IMG/VR virus record: IMGVR_UViG_3300025383_000034
Coordinates: 1 to 50,109 of that record
DNA length: 50,109 nucleotides
Reading direction: 5' to 3' (one strand)
Source of the DNA: a virus
Taxonomy: Duplodnaviria; Caudoviricetes
In this document: one piece after another, positions 37,237 through 45,209 of the stretch
Numbering within the stretch: position 1 is the stretch's first letter
Layout of the letters: each line of letters opens with the position of its first letter
The notes under the pieces: model-generated
Seen by the model: the letters and a program-made list of their open reading frames with translations, nothing else
Database searches by the model: none
What the model was told of the DNA's origin: nothing
Position numbers and translations under genes: made by a program

Positions 37237-37463
37237 TACTCTCCCCGTTCTGGATAGGGCGCTTGTGCGAGGCTGGAGCATAACACACATTGCATATCTG
37301 TAAAGTACATGCCAATGGTGTTGTCGTCATGGAACTTGACTTTGAGGTGCCATGTGTCAGACCCGCATGGGCAGACACGGATAGGTCCTAAGCTGGTGTA
37401 GTCAGCCTTCTCGCCATGAACGACGACAAGGTTCTTAATTGGCTCAGGCTCTTTCTTCGCCAT
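37236..37463 (-). CDS. Small zinc-ribbon protein
   Basis: CPCG and CVLC motifs. Confidence 0.65.
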   Translation of the reverse strand: MAKKEPEPIKNLVVVHGEKADYTSLGPIRVCPCGSDTWHLKVKFHDDNTIGMYFTDMQCVLCSSLAQAPYPERGE

Positions 37464-37653
37464 TGTTTTCCAACGTAGCTAGTAGGTACTTCTCCACTGC
37501 TTCGTGGAACGCAGAGCCGCCGACAAACCACCAGGCAGGATCGCCTTGGATAGCTTGACCGCGTTCTAGTTGCCAGGCTTTGCCGCAGCGCAGCCATGAG
37601 GTGAACGAGCTAAACGAACGGTGCCCAATGAGGGGCGTATCTGATTTATTCAT
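37444..37653 (-). CDS. Cas4/RecB-like exonuclease, N-terminal part
   Basis: HRSFSSFTSWLRCGKAWQL...GSAFHEAVE is the S.S.....C....G...H start of the PD-(D/E)XK_1 family. Confidence 0.8.
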   Translation of the reverse strand: MNKSDTPLIGHRSFSSFTSWLRCGKAWQLERGQAIQGDPAWWFVGGSAFHEAVEKYLLATLENNGEERA

Positions 37654-37709
37654 GGCTGAAGTGTAGCACCCGCGACCGACATTCCCCCATGCCTGCAAGG
37701 CGACACGCC
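37654..37709 (-). promoter_or_regulatory. Leaderless promoter of the replication operon with upstream GACAC motif
   Basis: TGCTACACT extended -10 lies 6 nt before the ATG; GACACGCC at 37702-37709. Confidence 0.6.
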
Positions 37710-37724
37710 CTATGAGGATACAAA

Positions 37725-37754
37725 TTGACGGAAAAAATTTCCTATGGTTATACT
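37725..37754 (+). promoter_or_regulatory. Near-consensus sigma-A promoter facing a non-coding AT-rich tract
   Basis: TTGACG-18 nt-TATACT. Confidence 0.6.
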
Positions 37755-37854
37755 ATGAGCGTAGCGAATTACATAAATAGATACGGCGCTTCCAGCGCCT
37801 ATATATAATATATAATATATATAATAATCAACTGATAATTCTGTAAAATGGCAT

Positions 37855-37892
37855 AAAAAAATAACCCCCCGCTGTTAAGCGAGGGGCATTTT
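37855..37892. terminator. Terminator of the lysis operon, possibly bidirectional
   Basis: A-run, then CCCCCCGCT-GTTA-AGCGAGGGG, then CATTTT. Confidence 0.75.
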
Positions 37893-37952
37893 CTACACGC
37901 TAGCCGTTTGGCCTATCCTTGCGGATTACACAGGGACGGTTCAAGCGCGATA

Positions 37953-38129
37953 TTACTTAGCGGCTGTCTTGAAATGGTTATATGCACCAACGGCGACAGG
38001 TCCGAGAACTGCTACAACAGCAGCCCAGGCTACAGCCTTGAGGTGATGGTTACCAGTCTGCCAGATAGATACTCCAGCAACGAGAAGCGCTGCGAGGTAA
38101 TGTTCTACGATAGCTTTATTGAATTTCAT
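37953..38129 (-). CDS. Probable holin (58 aa; not in ORF track)
   Basis: TAGGAG RBS, two hydrophobic helices, follows the endolysin. Confidence 0.7.
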   Translation of the reverse strand: MKFNKAIVEHYLAALLVAGVSIWQTGNHHLKAVAWAAVVAVLGPVAVGAYNHFKTAAK

Positions 38130-38169
38130 GCTGTCTCCTATAGTGAGAAGCTGGATTGTCCCAGCCCTA

Positions 38170-38715
38170 CTACGGTACCATAGCTACGGCTTTTAAGTAC
38201 GCATCCCATGGGAAGTTTGCGCCTGGATCACTGTGTCCGCCAGCTATTTTTTTGGCAAGGGTAATGTCGTTATGTCCGCAAAAACCCGCTTTACCAGCCA
38301 GTACATCCTCTGGTGATAGCTTTACTAGGGGGATGTGGTTACGACGGGCTATATCGGCCGCTAGGGCCGCAGAAACGTGTAGTTCTGCAATGCTATAGCC
38401 ATCGCCCCATTGGGCTGGAGTTTGAGCCGCAAAGCCTGCATGCTCAATAGAAATAGACTCTTGGTTTAGAGCATAATCATCGACAGCCCATGCCGTATCT
38501 GTCTCTAAAACAGACTGGATAACCTGCTTGTCGTCACACATATAGTGGGCAGAGGCTTGTGGTGCTGTAGTGCCTGCAAACCATGCGGCTACTTGTTTGG
38601 CACGGCCTTCTGTTTCTGGCGTTTCCATGGTGTGAATAACGATCAGGCGTGGGGTATGACCAGCACGACCTTTGGTGTAGTTACGTGCTTGAATAAACGG
38701 ATACGTTACTGCCAT
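38170..38715 (-). CDS. Endolysin, N-acetylmuramoyl-L-alanine amidase (Amidase_2)
   Basis: VIHT, SAHY, SISIE, GH and H.DPG motifs. Confidence 0.9.
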   Translation of the reverse strand: MAVTYPFIQARNYTKGRAGHTPRLIVIHTMETPETEGRAKQVAAWFAGTTAPQASAHYMCDDKQVIQSVLETDTAWAVDDYALNQESISIEHAGFAAQTPAQWGDGYSIAELHVSAALAADIARRNHIPLVKLSPEDVLAGKAGFCGHNDITLAKKIAGGHSDPGANFPWDAYLKAVAMVP

Positions 38716-39185
38716 ATCAACCTCTCTGCTAAGTCTCCTGGGTTGCATACATCTGGGTTAGCGCAGACTGGAAAGCCAGCCTTCTGGTAGCACTCTGCTA
38801 CAAGTTCGGAGCAGATGTACCCAGCATGATTTGCAAGGTAGTGGAGAAACTTCTTGGGAAAAATTTTTACGCCTAACGCACGAAACGCAAGCATGAAGAT
38901 AATGCCAAAATTGTATGGCCGTCCGATTGCCAGGTTGGCATGATAAACAATCGCGTTGCGTTGTTCCGCAGACAGCTCTTCGTGCTGGTTCCATGCAACC
39001 AATGGGTAATCGCTAAGGTTGCTAAGAGCAACGCCAGTGGGATTAGCTTCCACAATCTTGCCATTACCAACATAGATAAACGCATGGTTCCAACGAGATA
39101 TTGTTCCTAACCGAATGAGCTTGCCGAAAAAACCGCCAGTGCGGACTACGCCATAGTCGCCTATGCGTGGCTCATAGCTTGTCAT
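38706..39185 (-). CDS. Permuted papain-like (NlpC/P60, YiiX-type) amidase
   Basis: GD, W.HA.IY.G, GRPY, CSELVA and PGDL motifs (His before Cys). Confidence 0.85.
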   Translation of the reverse strand: MTSYEPRIGDYGVVRTGGFFGKLIRLGTISRWNHAFIYVGNGKIVEANPTGVALSNLSDYPLVAWNQHEELSAEQRNAIVYHANLAIGRPYNFGIIFMLAFRALGVKIFPKKFLHYLANHAGYICSELVAECYQKAGFPVCANPDVCNPGDLAERLIWQ

Positions 39186-39528
39186 CGTTCTCCAATAGGT
39201 CTTGGAGATGCTCAATCTCCTGCTTCTCTAACTTCAAGATGTGGCGGATAATCATTGCATCGCGCTTGGTCTGGCCAATCATGGCAATACCGATGATAAG
39301 TTCTACAGTAACTGCTAGCCATGAGGCTAGGTTCATCCACTTAATGTAAGCGTGAGTATCGGTGAACCAGGTAGGTTGCCACCACCAGACAAAAGTAACG
39401 CCAGTCCAAAGGATGACGAAGAACCAGTTGCGAATAATGCCCTGGATCTTCCAGCTAATCTGTTCAGAGAAGGTCAGCACATCGCCAGTAGCTTCGTGGA
39501 TGTATTTCTTCTTAAAAAGATTAATCAT
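39172..39528 (-). CDS. Two-TM membrane protein (DUF1003-like)
   Basis: W.F...W helix, NLASWLA...II.I and GQ.KRD motifs. Confidence 0.65.
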   Translation of the reverse strand: MINLFKKKYIHEATGDVLTFSEQISWKIQGIIRNWFFVILWTGVTFVWWWQPTWFTDTHAYIKWMNLASWLAVTVELIIGIAMIGQTKRDAMIIRHILKLEKQEIEHLQDLLENDDKL

Positions 39529-39838
39529 TATGCTCCCGAATATGCTGCTCAAACTTGCCATTGAGTGTGCCCAGGTCTACCGCTATATTCTGTTGCTTCT
39601 CTACCAAAGTCTCAATCATGGGGATGACGCGCTTGTTGATAGCATCGTTTAATGATCCGCCAGAGTTGGGCAAAACTTCATGCTTGATAACTTTAATATC
39701 CTCTTTGCTGTCCTTGTCCATGTCCTTGATGACATTCTGAACGCCATGCTTGAAGATGTACCAAATACCTGTGGCAGTAGCGCCAACGGTAAAGACAGTG
39801 TTGTAAAGGATGGTGGTTATATCCACTTTGGTAGTCAT
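39521..39838 (-). CDS. Membrane-anchored coiled-coil protein of the lysis region
   Basis: N-terminal TM segment; PNSGGSLND motif. Confidence 0.65.
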   Translation of the reverse strand: MTTKVDITTILYNTVFTVGATATGIWYIFKHGVQNVIKDMDKDSKEDIKVIKHEVLPNSGGSLNDAINKRVIPMIETLVEKQQNIAVDLGTLNGKFEQHIREHND

Positions 39839-39852
39839 TCCTGGCCTAGCTT

Positions 39853-42132
39853 TTAGAGGTTAGTGGTACGGAATTGGATGTAGCAAATACCGCCAAATCC
39901 TTTGAAGCGACGGTCAGGTGGTGACATGCGAACAAAGGAGAGTGAGTCGATAACTCCCTGGACCGTTTCGTTTGTTGTAAAATCTTGCAGAACAACTACG
40001 TCTCCATTTGACTCAATGTTTTCCAGGGCGAACAATCTTTCGGCTGCATAGCCTTCATAGCCAAGGGCCATGTTGTAACGGTCCTGCTCAAAGTCATAGA
40101 CAAGAACGGGAACGTTGATAGAACGCTCACGACGTACAGCAGGTACGGCCTTGAGCTGATAGCCATTGAGTGTGCTGCCATGTAAGCCATCGCTGGTGCG
40201 ATAGAGCGTGAACCTAAAGCCAAGTGACTCAAGGGGCACGTCAATACCAGTGGTAATGTCTTGAGTTAGATCGTAGTTTTCGTCGATAGTTAAAAGGTCG
40301 TTGACATAAAGTGTTGGGTCAACGCTAGAGACTTTAACCTTGCCAGTAACAGGCGTGGTGATACGAGCCTTAATGAGCTTGAAGTGCTTGTCTTCCAAGG
40401 TAAGGTAGCGAATCTGACCAGTCTGGATATAGCCACTGGAGACAAGCTGACCCGATGAATTGGAGTTGGTTGGGTCTGTCTGAATATATACACCCTTGCC
40501 CTGGATGCTAAACATCATGCGGTTGGACTTGCCATAGACGGCAACATCCTGCGCAGTTCCTGTAACGCCAGCAGGCGCACGAAGGTTGGTGGCGTAAGCC
40601 ACTTGGTTAGCAGCAATTTCTTTGCCAAGGTCAAGCTTGACTAGGCCAGAAGACTTAGTGCCATCTCCGTTGTCGATATAGTTGCTAACGGTGCAATAGG
40701 CAAAGCGGTCATTAAAGGCAACATAGTTCACCCAGCCGTCAGTTCCCGATGGGGTGAGGTAGCTAGCAGTAGCTGGATCATAGCCCTGGGTAATAACAGT
40801 CATTGGGCCATAGGTAACATAACCAGAAGAGACAAAGCCTGACGTGTCGATAGTTCCTACACGCACACCACGGTTAGTTCCAAAGACCATGTACTTGCCA
40901 ACATACGAACCAAGGCTAAGGATAATCTCGCCACGTGGCATGTCAGCAGCAGTCAGTGCCTTGTTGAGCAATGGCACTGCGCCTGTTGTATCAAGGGAAA
41001 GACGATACACGCTAGACACATCACCAACATAGCCGCTGACATAGATGGCGTTAGGGCCTTCGCATACGCCAGTCCATACCCACTTGGCATTAGTGTGAGC
41101 GTAGATGGGGGTTGTGTTGTTTGTAGAAAGAACGATAGAGCCAGTGGCTGAGTTGTTCGGAGCCACGTTGGCGTTCTGGATATTTAGCGCTACCTGGTAA
41201 GGGGTAGGAACATCTAGTACTTCCCATGTGCCGTTGTAAGGAGAGCCAACGGATGAGACGGTAACCAATGATCCAGTGGTGAAATTGTGTACGCCAGAGG
41301 TAGTAATGACAGCTACGTTGCCTGTATAAGACATGCTGGCGTTGCTGTATGGTCCAAGCACTGTGCCAGTGACGGTGTAGCTGGTGATGGGGGTAATCTC
41401 AAAGAGGTAGTTATTTACGCCAGCGATAAGACGCTGCTTGACCCAGTTCATTTTCACGTTGGTAACAGTGCCAGTGTTGGCAGTTGGGTGAGTAAAGACT
41501 AATGTGCCACTGGTGCTGAGAGTCAGCGGGCCTTTGTAAATACCTGTAGCGTTAGCAACATAGTAATAGGTTCCATCGTGGGCAATGTCAAAGATTGCGC
41601 TAGAGCCACCCCATGTAACAGAGGTAGGGGCAGAGCCTTGTGTTACCTTGTAGACCGATGAGCCATCAGCAATAAGAGAAAAGTCATTGGTGCCATCGTT
41701 GCCACCTTCCATCATAATGTTGGTGCCGCTGCTGGAATACAGCAGGTCAACATCAGGGAGCAGGTCAACGCGACCAGTGTTAAATACTTCTACGCCAGCA
41801 GATTTGTTAAAGCGCAGGTTAACCGTGTCGCCTTCAACTGGCTCTTCGTAGCGAATACCAGCGCCATAATGGAAGCTAGACTGAGCGCGTAGCCACCAGC
41901 CAGTGAGTGTCTGCTCACCAGGCTCTTTCTGCATATCGACCTGTTGCTTACGGTACTGCGCAGTTTCGCGCTTGTAAGGGTACTTGTCGTTAATGCCAAA
42001 AAAGAATGGCAGGCCAGCAATGGCGCAGTCAAAGTTGTTGGATGTATTGACAAAGGTGTTGCCCGCCGTACTTGGTTGACCAATAGGATCCGCAGGGCGT
42101 TCTGCAATGTGCCGAAAACCGTCTAGTGCCAC
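39853..42132 (-). CDS. Large tail protein (nozzle/beta-propeller-like)
   Basis: 759 aa, beta-rich, follows the fibre cassette. Confidence 0.65.
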   Translation of the reverse strand: MALDGFRHIAERPADPIGQPSTAGNTFVNTSNNFDCAIAGLPFFFGINDKYPYKRETAQYRKQQVDMQKEPGEQTLTGWWLRAQSSFHYGAGIRYEEPVEGDTVNLRFNKSAGVEVFNTGRVDLLPDVDLLYSSSGTNIMMEGGNDGTNDFSLIADGSSVYKVTQGSAPTSVTWGGSSAIFDIAHDGTYYYVANATGIYKGPLTLSTSGTLVFTHPTANTGTVTNVKMNWVKQRLIAGVNNYLFEITPITSYTVTGTVLGPYSNASMSYTGNVAVITTSGVHNFTTGSLVTVSSVGSPYNGTWEVLDVPTPYQVALNIQNANVAPNNSATGSIVLSTNNTTPIYAHTNAKWVWTGVCEGPNAIYVSGYVGDVSSVYRLSLDTTGAVPLLNKALTAADMPRGEIILSLGSYVGKYMVFGTNRGVRVGTIDTSGFVSSGYVTYGPMTVITQGYDPATASYLTPSGTDGWVNYVAFNDRFAYCTVSNYIDNGDGTKSSGLVKLDLGKEIAANQVAYATNLRAPAGVTGTAQDVAVYGKSNRMMFSIQGKGVYIQTDPTNSNSSGQLVSSGYIQTGQIRYLTLEDKHFKLIKARITTPVTGKVKVSSVDPTLYVNDLLTIDENYDLTQDITTGIDVPLESLGFRFTLYRTSDGLHGSTLNGYQLKAVPAVRRERSINVPVLVYDFEQDRYNMALGYEGYAAERLFALENIESNGDVVVLQDFTTNETVQGVIDSLSFVRMSPPDRRFKGFGGICYIQFRTTNL

Positions 42133-42149
42133 TTACTCTCCCTAATCGT

Positions 42150-42171
42150 AAAGGCCGCCCGAAGGCGGCCT
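42150..42171 (-). terminator. Terminator-like hairpin with cUUCGg loop
   Basis: Minus strand AGGCCGCC-TTCG-GGCGGCCT-TT. Confidence 0.7.
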
Positions 42172-42253
42172 ATCCAAACCAAATACTTAATTCTTCAACC
42201 TTGCGGATTTTGTCCTCTGTGTCGTACAGAACAACAGTATCCTCTGGATCCAT
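42170..42253 (-). CDS. Micro-ORF (27 aa) absent from the other allele
   Basis: MDPEDTVVLYDTEDKIRKVEELSIWFG; its ATG directly follows the upstream TAA. Confidence 0.4.
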   Translation of the reverse strand: MDPEDTVVLYDTEDKIRKVEELSIWFG

Positions 42254-42478
42254 TTACGCTGTCAGCGCTGCCACTTCGTCGGCGGTTAAGCCGAGAGCGG
42301 TGAGCTTGGCGATTGCCGCTGCTTTTGCATCTGCCTTAGCCTTCTCTGCTGCATCAGCGGCTGCCTTGTCAGCGGCGGCTTGTGCGGCTGCTGCCTCGGC
42401 TGCTGCAATTTCTTCAGCGGTTTGTGGGCGAGTGGTGGTAATTCCAGTCTCGCAATTAATCTCAATAACATCAGCCAT
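42254..42478 (-). CDS. Small Ala-rich tail-associated protein (allele B)
   Basis: Homologue of 170-394. Confidence 0.6.
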   Translation of the reverse strand: MADVIEINCETGITTTRPQTAEEIAAAEAAAAQAAADKAAADAAEKAKADAKAAAIAKLTALGLTADEVAALTA

Positions 42479-42887
42479 TGCTGTTCTCCTTGTTCAGTAG
42501 GTGTGGTGCATACAACTCTAGTATTTCTAAAGCGTATTTAATTTTGTCTGGTATTCGTTGCCCTTTGGGCTGACGGGTATTCCATACCTCTAGGTTCTCG
42601 ATACGGTTATCCGCCCTATTGCCATTTATGTGGTGGACATTTTCCTCTGGCAATAATGTTCTTCCAAGATGCACTTCCATGAAGTGCCTGTGCTGGAGCA
42701 TACCTTTACCGTTGACTGTTATTTTGATATAGCCATCGGTTCCTGGTTTGGCGGTTCTAACCGTCACAAAGGTTGCATCTCCGTAACGGTGCCACCTATG
42801 GTAATGCTTCTTGCACATTCCCCAGGCGGCAACCTGTCTGCCGCACTGCTCTATCTGGCAGCCAGTCGTATCTTTAGGTTTTGGCAT
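42471..42887 (-). CDS. HNH endonuclease (allele B, one zinc repeat)
   Basis: VHHINGNRADNRIENLEVW motif; TATAAT lies 6 nt before MPKPK. Confidence 0.88.
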   Translation of the reverse strand: MPKPKDTTGCQIEQCGRQVAAWGMCKKHYHRWHRYGDATFVTVRTAKPGTDGYIKITVNGKGMLQHRHFMEVHLGRTLLPEENVHHINGNRADNRIENLEVWNTRQPKGQRIPDKIKYALEILELYAPHLLNKENSNG

Positions 42888-42894
42888 AGCAGAA

Positions 42895-42933
42895 TTATAG
42901 ACCCTTAATCCGTACATCTGCCATGATTGCTCC
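42895..42933 (-). pseudogene. Orphan RBS plus first codons of the MADV gene (mini-ORF MADVRIKGL)
   Basis: GGAGCAATC-ATGGCAGATGTA; 17 bp identical to 383-399. Confidence 0.65.
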
Positions 42934-43449
42934 TTAGTGATTGGTAATGCCGTATAAGTAAAATGATGAGTACTGTACAAAGTTTCCAGAAGTGTTAACT
43001 ATAGTTACCCCATTGATCGCATAACTTGTAATCCATAATCCAGTTTGGATTGAAGAATAAGCAGTTGTTCCATTTGTCTCTAAAACACCATCCACGCTTA
43101 CTGATTTATTTGTAGTGGAAGTGTAATTTGGAATATATACATCATGGCTTGAAAATGTATTAAGTGTTGCGCTGGCACCATCAGCCGCATTTAAATAAAG
43201 ATTTGGGTTTGAATAGGTAGTTGGACTAGCGCCATTTCCTTCTAAACCTTTTGAACTTAAATTAGTGTCAGAAGTTGCACCATTAAAACGCAAATAAATT
43301 AAAGAATAGATATTTGCATTATCCCCTCGGGCTGAAATTTTAATTGCTAAATCGGTATAAGTTGTCGGAATGGATGAAAAAGTAATTGAAGAAACGGATG
43401 TTGCTCCGACTGTTTGACTCGCAATAAGATTATATGTTGAAGTTGCCAT
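42934..43449 (-). CDS. Tail-tip paralogue 3 (allele B)
   Basis: Same termini as 975-1502 with a divergent core. Confidence 0.65.
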   Translation of the reverse strand: MATSTYNLIASQTVGATSVSSITFSSIPTTYTDLAIKISARGDNANIYSLIYLRFNGATSDTNLSSKGLEGNGASPTTYSNPNLYLNAADGASATLNTFSSHDVYIPNYTSTTNKSVSVDGVLETNGTTAYSSIQTGLWITSYAINGVTIVNTSGNFVQYSSFYLYGITNH

Positions 43450-43451
43450 AG

Positions 43452-43970
43452 TTACGCCGCCAAAATTCCGTAGAGGGTAAAGGTTGAGCCAGCGAGAATT
43501 GAACCACCAGAATAACTTGTTAAAGTTATGGCGTTAATTGCGGCGGTGCTACGCCACAGGCCAACTTCGGCACTTACGCCACGACCAGAAGCAGCAGCGC
43601 CATCTCTAAAAAGAAATGTTTTATAAGTACTTGTATTGGCGTAATTCATTAAATTTATTGTAGAAACATTGCCGCTATTTGTTGAATCGTTGCCATCGGA
43701 AGCATTTATTCTTATCCAGTTTTCGGCTTGTCGCCCACTACTGGCACTGCTTCCATTGCCAGCCAAAATTGTAACGCTATAATTACCACCAGTATCAACC
43801 GAACCGTTACCAACTTGCATATACAAAATTGTTCCAGCGGATGTATTTCCGTGATTACAAACCATTACCAAATCCGTATAAGTCGTTGGAATGGAAGTAA
43901 AGGAAACTGATGATGCGTTTGATGCAAGCGTCTGTGTTGCAATCGGTGTATATGTTGGTGCGCTAGCCAT
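43452..43970 (-). CDS. Tail-tip paralogue 2 (allele B)
   Basis: Same termini as 1503-1994 with a divergent core. Confidence 0.65.
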   Translation of the reverse strand: MASAPTYTPIATQTLASNASSVSFTSIPTTYTDLVMVCNHGNTSAGTILYMQVGNGSVDTGGNYSVTILAGNGSSASSGRQAENWIRINASDGNDSTNSGNVSTINLMNYANTSTYKTFLFRDGAAASGRGVSAEVGLWRSTAAINAITLTSYSGGSILAGSTFTLYGILAA

Positions 43971-43972
43971 AA

Positions 43973-44542
43973 TTATTTAACTCCATATAAAGCGAAGGAA
44001 GAATACTGCACATAAGGAGAATAGTCTGGAAGAATTGTAAAACTATTAATTGGGTCAGAAATATTTGATCCAGTCCCAGACTTAAACCATACGCCCGAAC
44101 CAATTTCTATTAAACCAGAACCATTAGCGTCTGTACCCATAAGGTACCGATGAGTTTTATATTTATTAGTATTTGTGTAATCAAGAATATCTACAACATT
44201 TGCAGAAAAATATCCCGAAGCTCCGCCGGAACCACCAAGCCAGCCACGAGTTTGAGAAGCGTAACCGTAGGCAGTAACCGCTGAACCATTACCTTGTAAC
44301 CAATGCTGAGAGTAGTTAGACCCTGTATCTCCATTAAATTGGATATTCATTCCGTCAGTAATAGCACCAGAACGACTTGTTTGCGCAATTATACGAAGTT
44401 GTAAGTGTGTATAAGTGCTTGGAATAGAAGAAAAAGTTATTGTGCTTGCCCCACCTGAACCAACGGTTTGCGTAGCAATCGAAGTGTAGTTACCACCCAA
44501 ATGCCCCGATATTCCAGAGGCTAATATGCCAGGTAGAATCAT
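43973..44542 (-). CDS. Tail-tip paralogue 1 (second copy; one S/N difference)
   Basis: Copy of 1994-2563. Confidence 0.65.
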   Translation of the reverse strand: MILPGILASGISGHLGGNYTSIATQTVGSGGASTITFSSIPSTYTHLQLRIIAQTSRSGAITDGMNIQFNGDTGSNYSQHWLQGNGSAVTAYGYASQTRGWLGGSGGASGYFSANVVDILDYTNTNKYKTHRYLMGTDANGSGLIEIGSGVWFKSGTGSNISDPINSFTILPDYSPYVQYSSFALYGVK

Positions 44543-44895
44543 GCAATATCTCCAAGCACTAACCAAGTATTCGCAGCCGTCTGAATTGCAGAAGCGCCGC
44601 TGTACTGCACACGGGTCTTAGGAGCCGAAGCGGTTGAGCCATTGGAAACAATGGTTACGCCTGAGCCTTGAGTAATAGTCGTCTGGCCAGCGCCAGTCTG
44701 GGCAATGTTCAAGATAGTGCCGACTGGAAAAGCCACCGATGAGTTTGGTGGAATGGTGAAGGTGTTAGCCGATGCGTTGTTGATCGTAACAAGCGTATTG
44801 CTACCATCGCCAAGGACTGCGGTGTACGAAGCAGACTGGGCATTGACGTTGATGGTAGGCGAGACTGCGTTGTTATTGAGTAATGATACAGCCAT
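44539..44895 (-). CDS. Tail fibre subunit (second copy)
   Basis: Identical translation to 2560-2916. Confidence 0.65.
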   Translation of the reverse strand: MAVSLLNNNAVSPTINVNAQSASYTAVLGDGSNTLVTINNASANTFTIPPNSSVAFPVGTILNIAQTGAGQTTITQGSGVTIVSNGSTASAPKTRVQYSGASAIQTAANTWLVLGDIA

Positions 44896-45209
44896 TAGAG
44901 CGTTACTCCTGTCGCAGTAAAGTCGGTGTTAGCCGTTGTGGAATACACTGAAAGTGTATCTCCAGTAGCTAACGTCCAGCCTGGGTTTTCGTGGATTGTG
45001 CTGTTGCCAGGTACGGTAAAACCGTAGTACTGGTAATAAGCCGATCCACCAGACTTAGTAATCGATACACGAATTGTATCAGATGATGAGCCTTTGTTGC
45101 AGACAGTAAATGAGGAAACAATGCTGCCGTTGGTGCTACCTGTGACAAGTGTTGTCAAGGTAGTAGCCGATGGCGTGGACTGTCCAAGAACGACGTATGC
45201 TGTTGCCAT
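44895..45209 (-). CDS. Small virion protein (second copy)
   Basis: Identical translation to 2916-3230. Confidence 0.6.
   Translation of the reverse strand: MATAYVVLGQSTPSATTLTTLVTGSTNGSIVSSFTVCNKGSSSDTIRVSITKSGGSAYYQYYGFTVPGNSTIHENPGWTLATGDTLSVYSTTANTDFTATGVTL

Noticed and set aside
36251-37653. CRISPR-Cas system suggested by the Cas4-like gene
   Set aside because: No repeat-spacer array or other cas genes; stand-alone Cas4-like nucleases are common in phages.
37902-37942. AGCCGT...ACGGTTC on the plus strand, resembling group II intron domain V
   Set aside because: Spacing is too long, there are no other intron domains or reverse transcriptase, and no gene is interrupted.
38134-38147. CTCACTATAGGAGA on the minus strand, resembling a T7 promoter
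   Set aside because: It lacks the TAATACGA part and there is no phage RNA polymerase. It is explained by the holin SD, and CTATAGGAGA also forms the SD at 20452-20461.
37908-38183. Plus-strand 91 aa ORF downstream of the 37725 promoter
   Set aside because: It is antisense to the holin, lies beyond the terminator and has a TTG start without an RBS.
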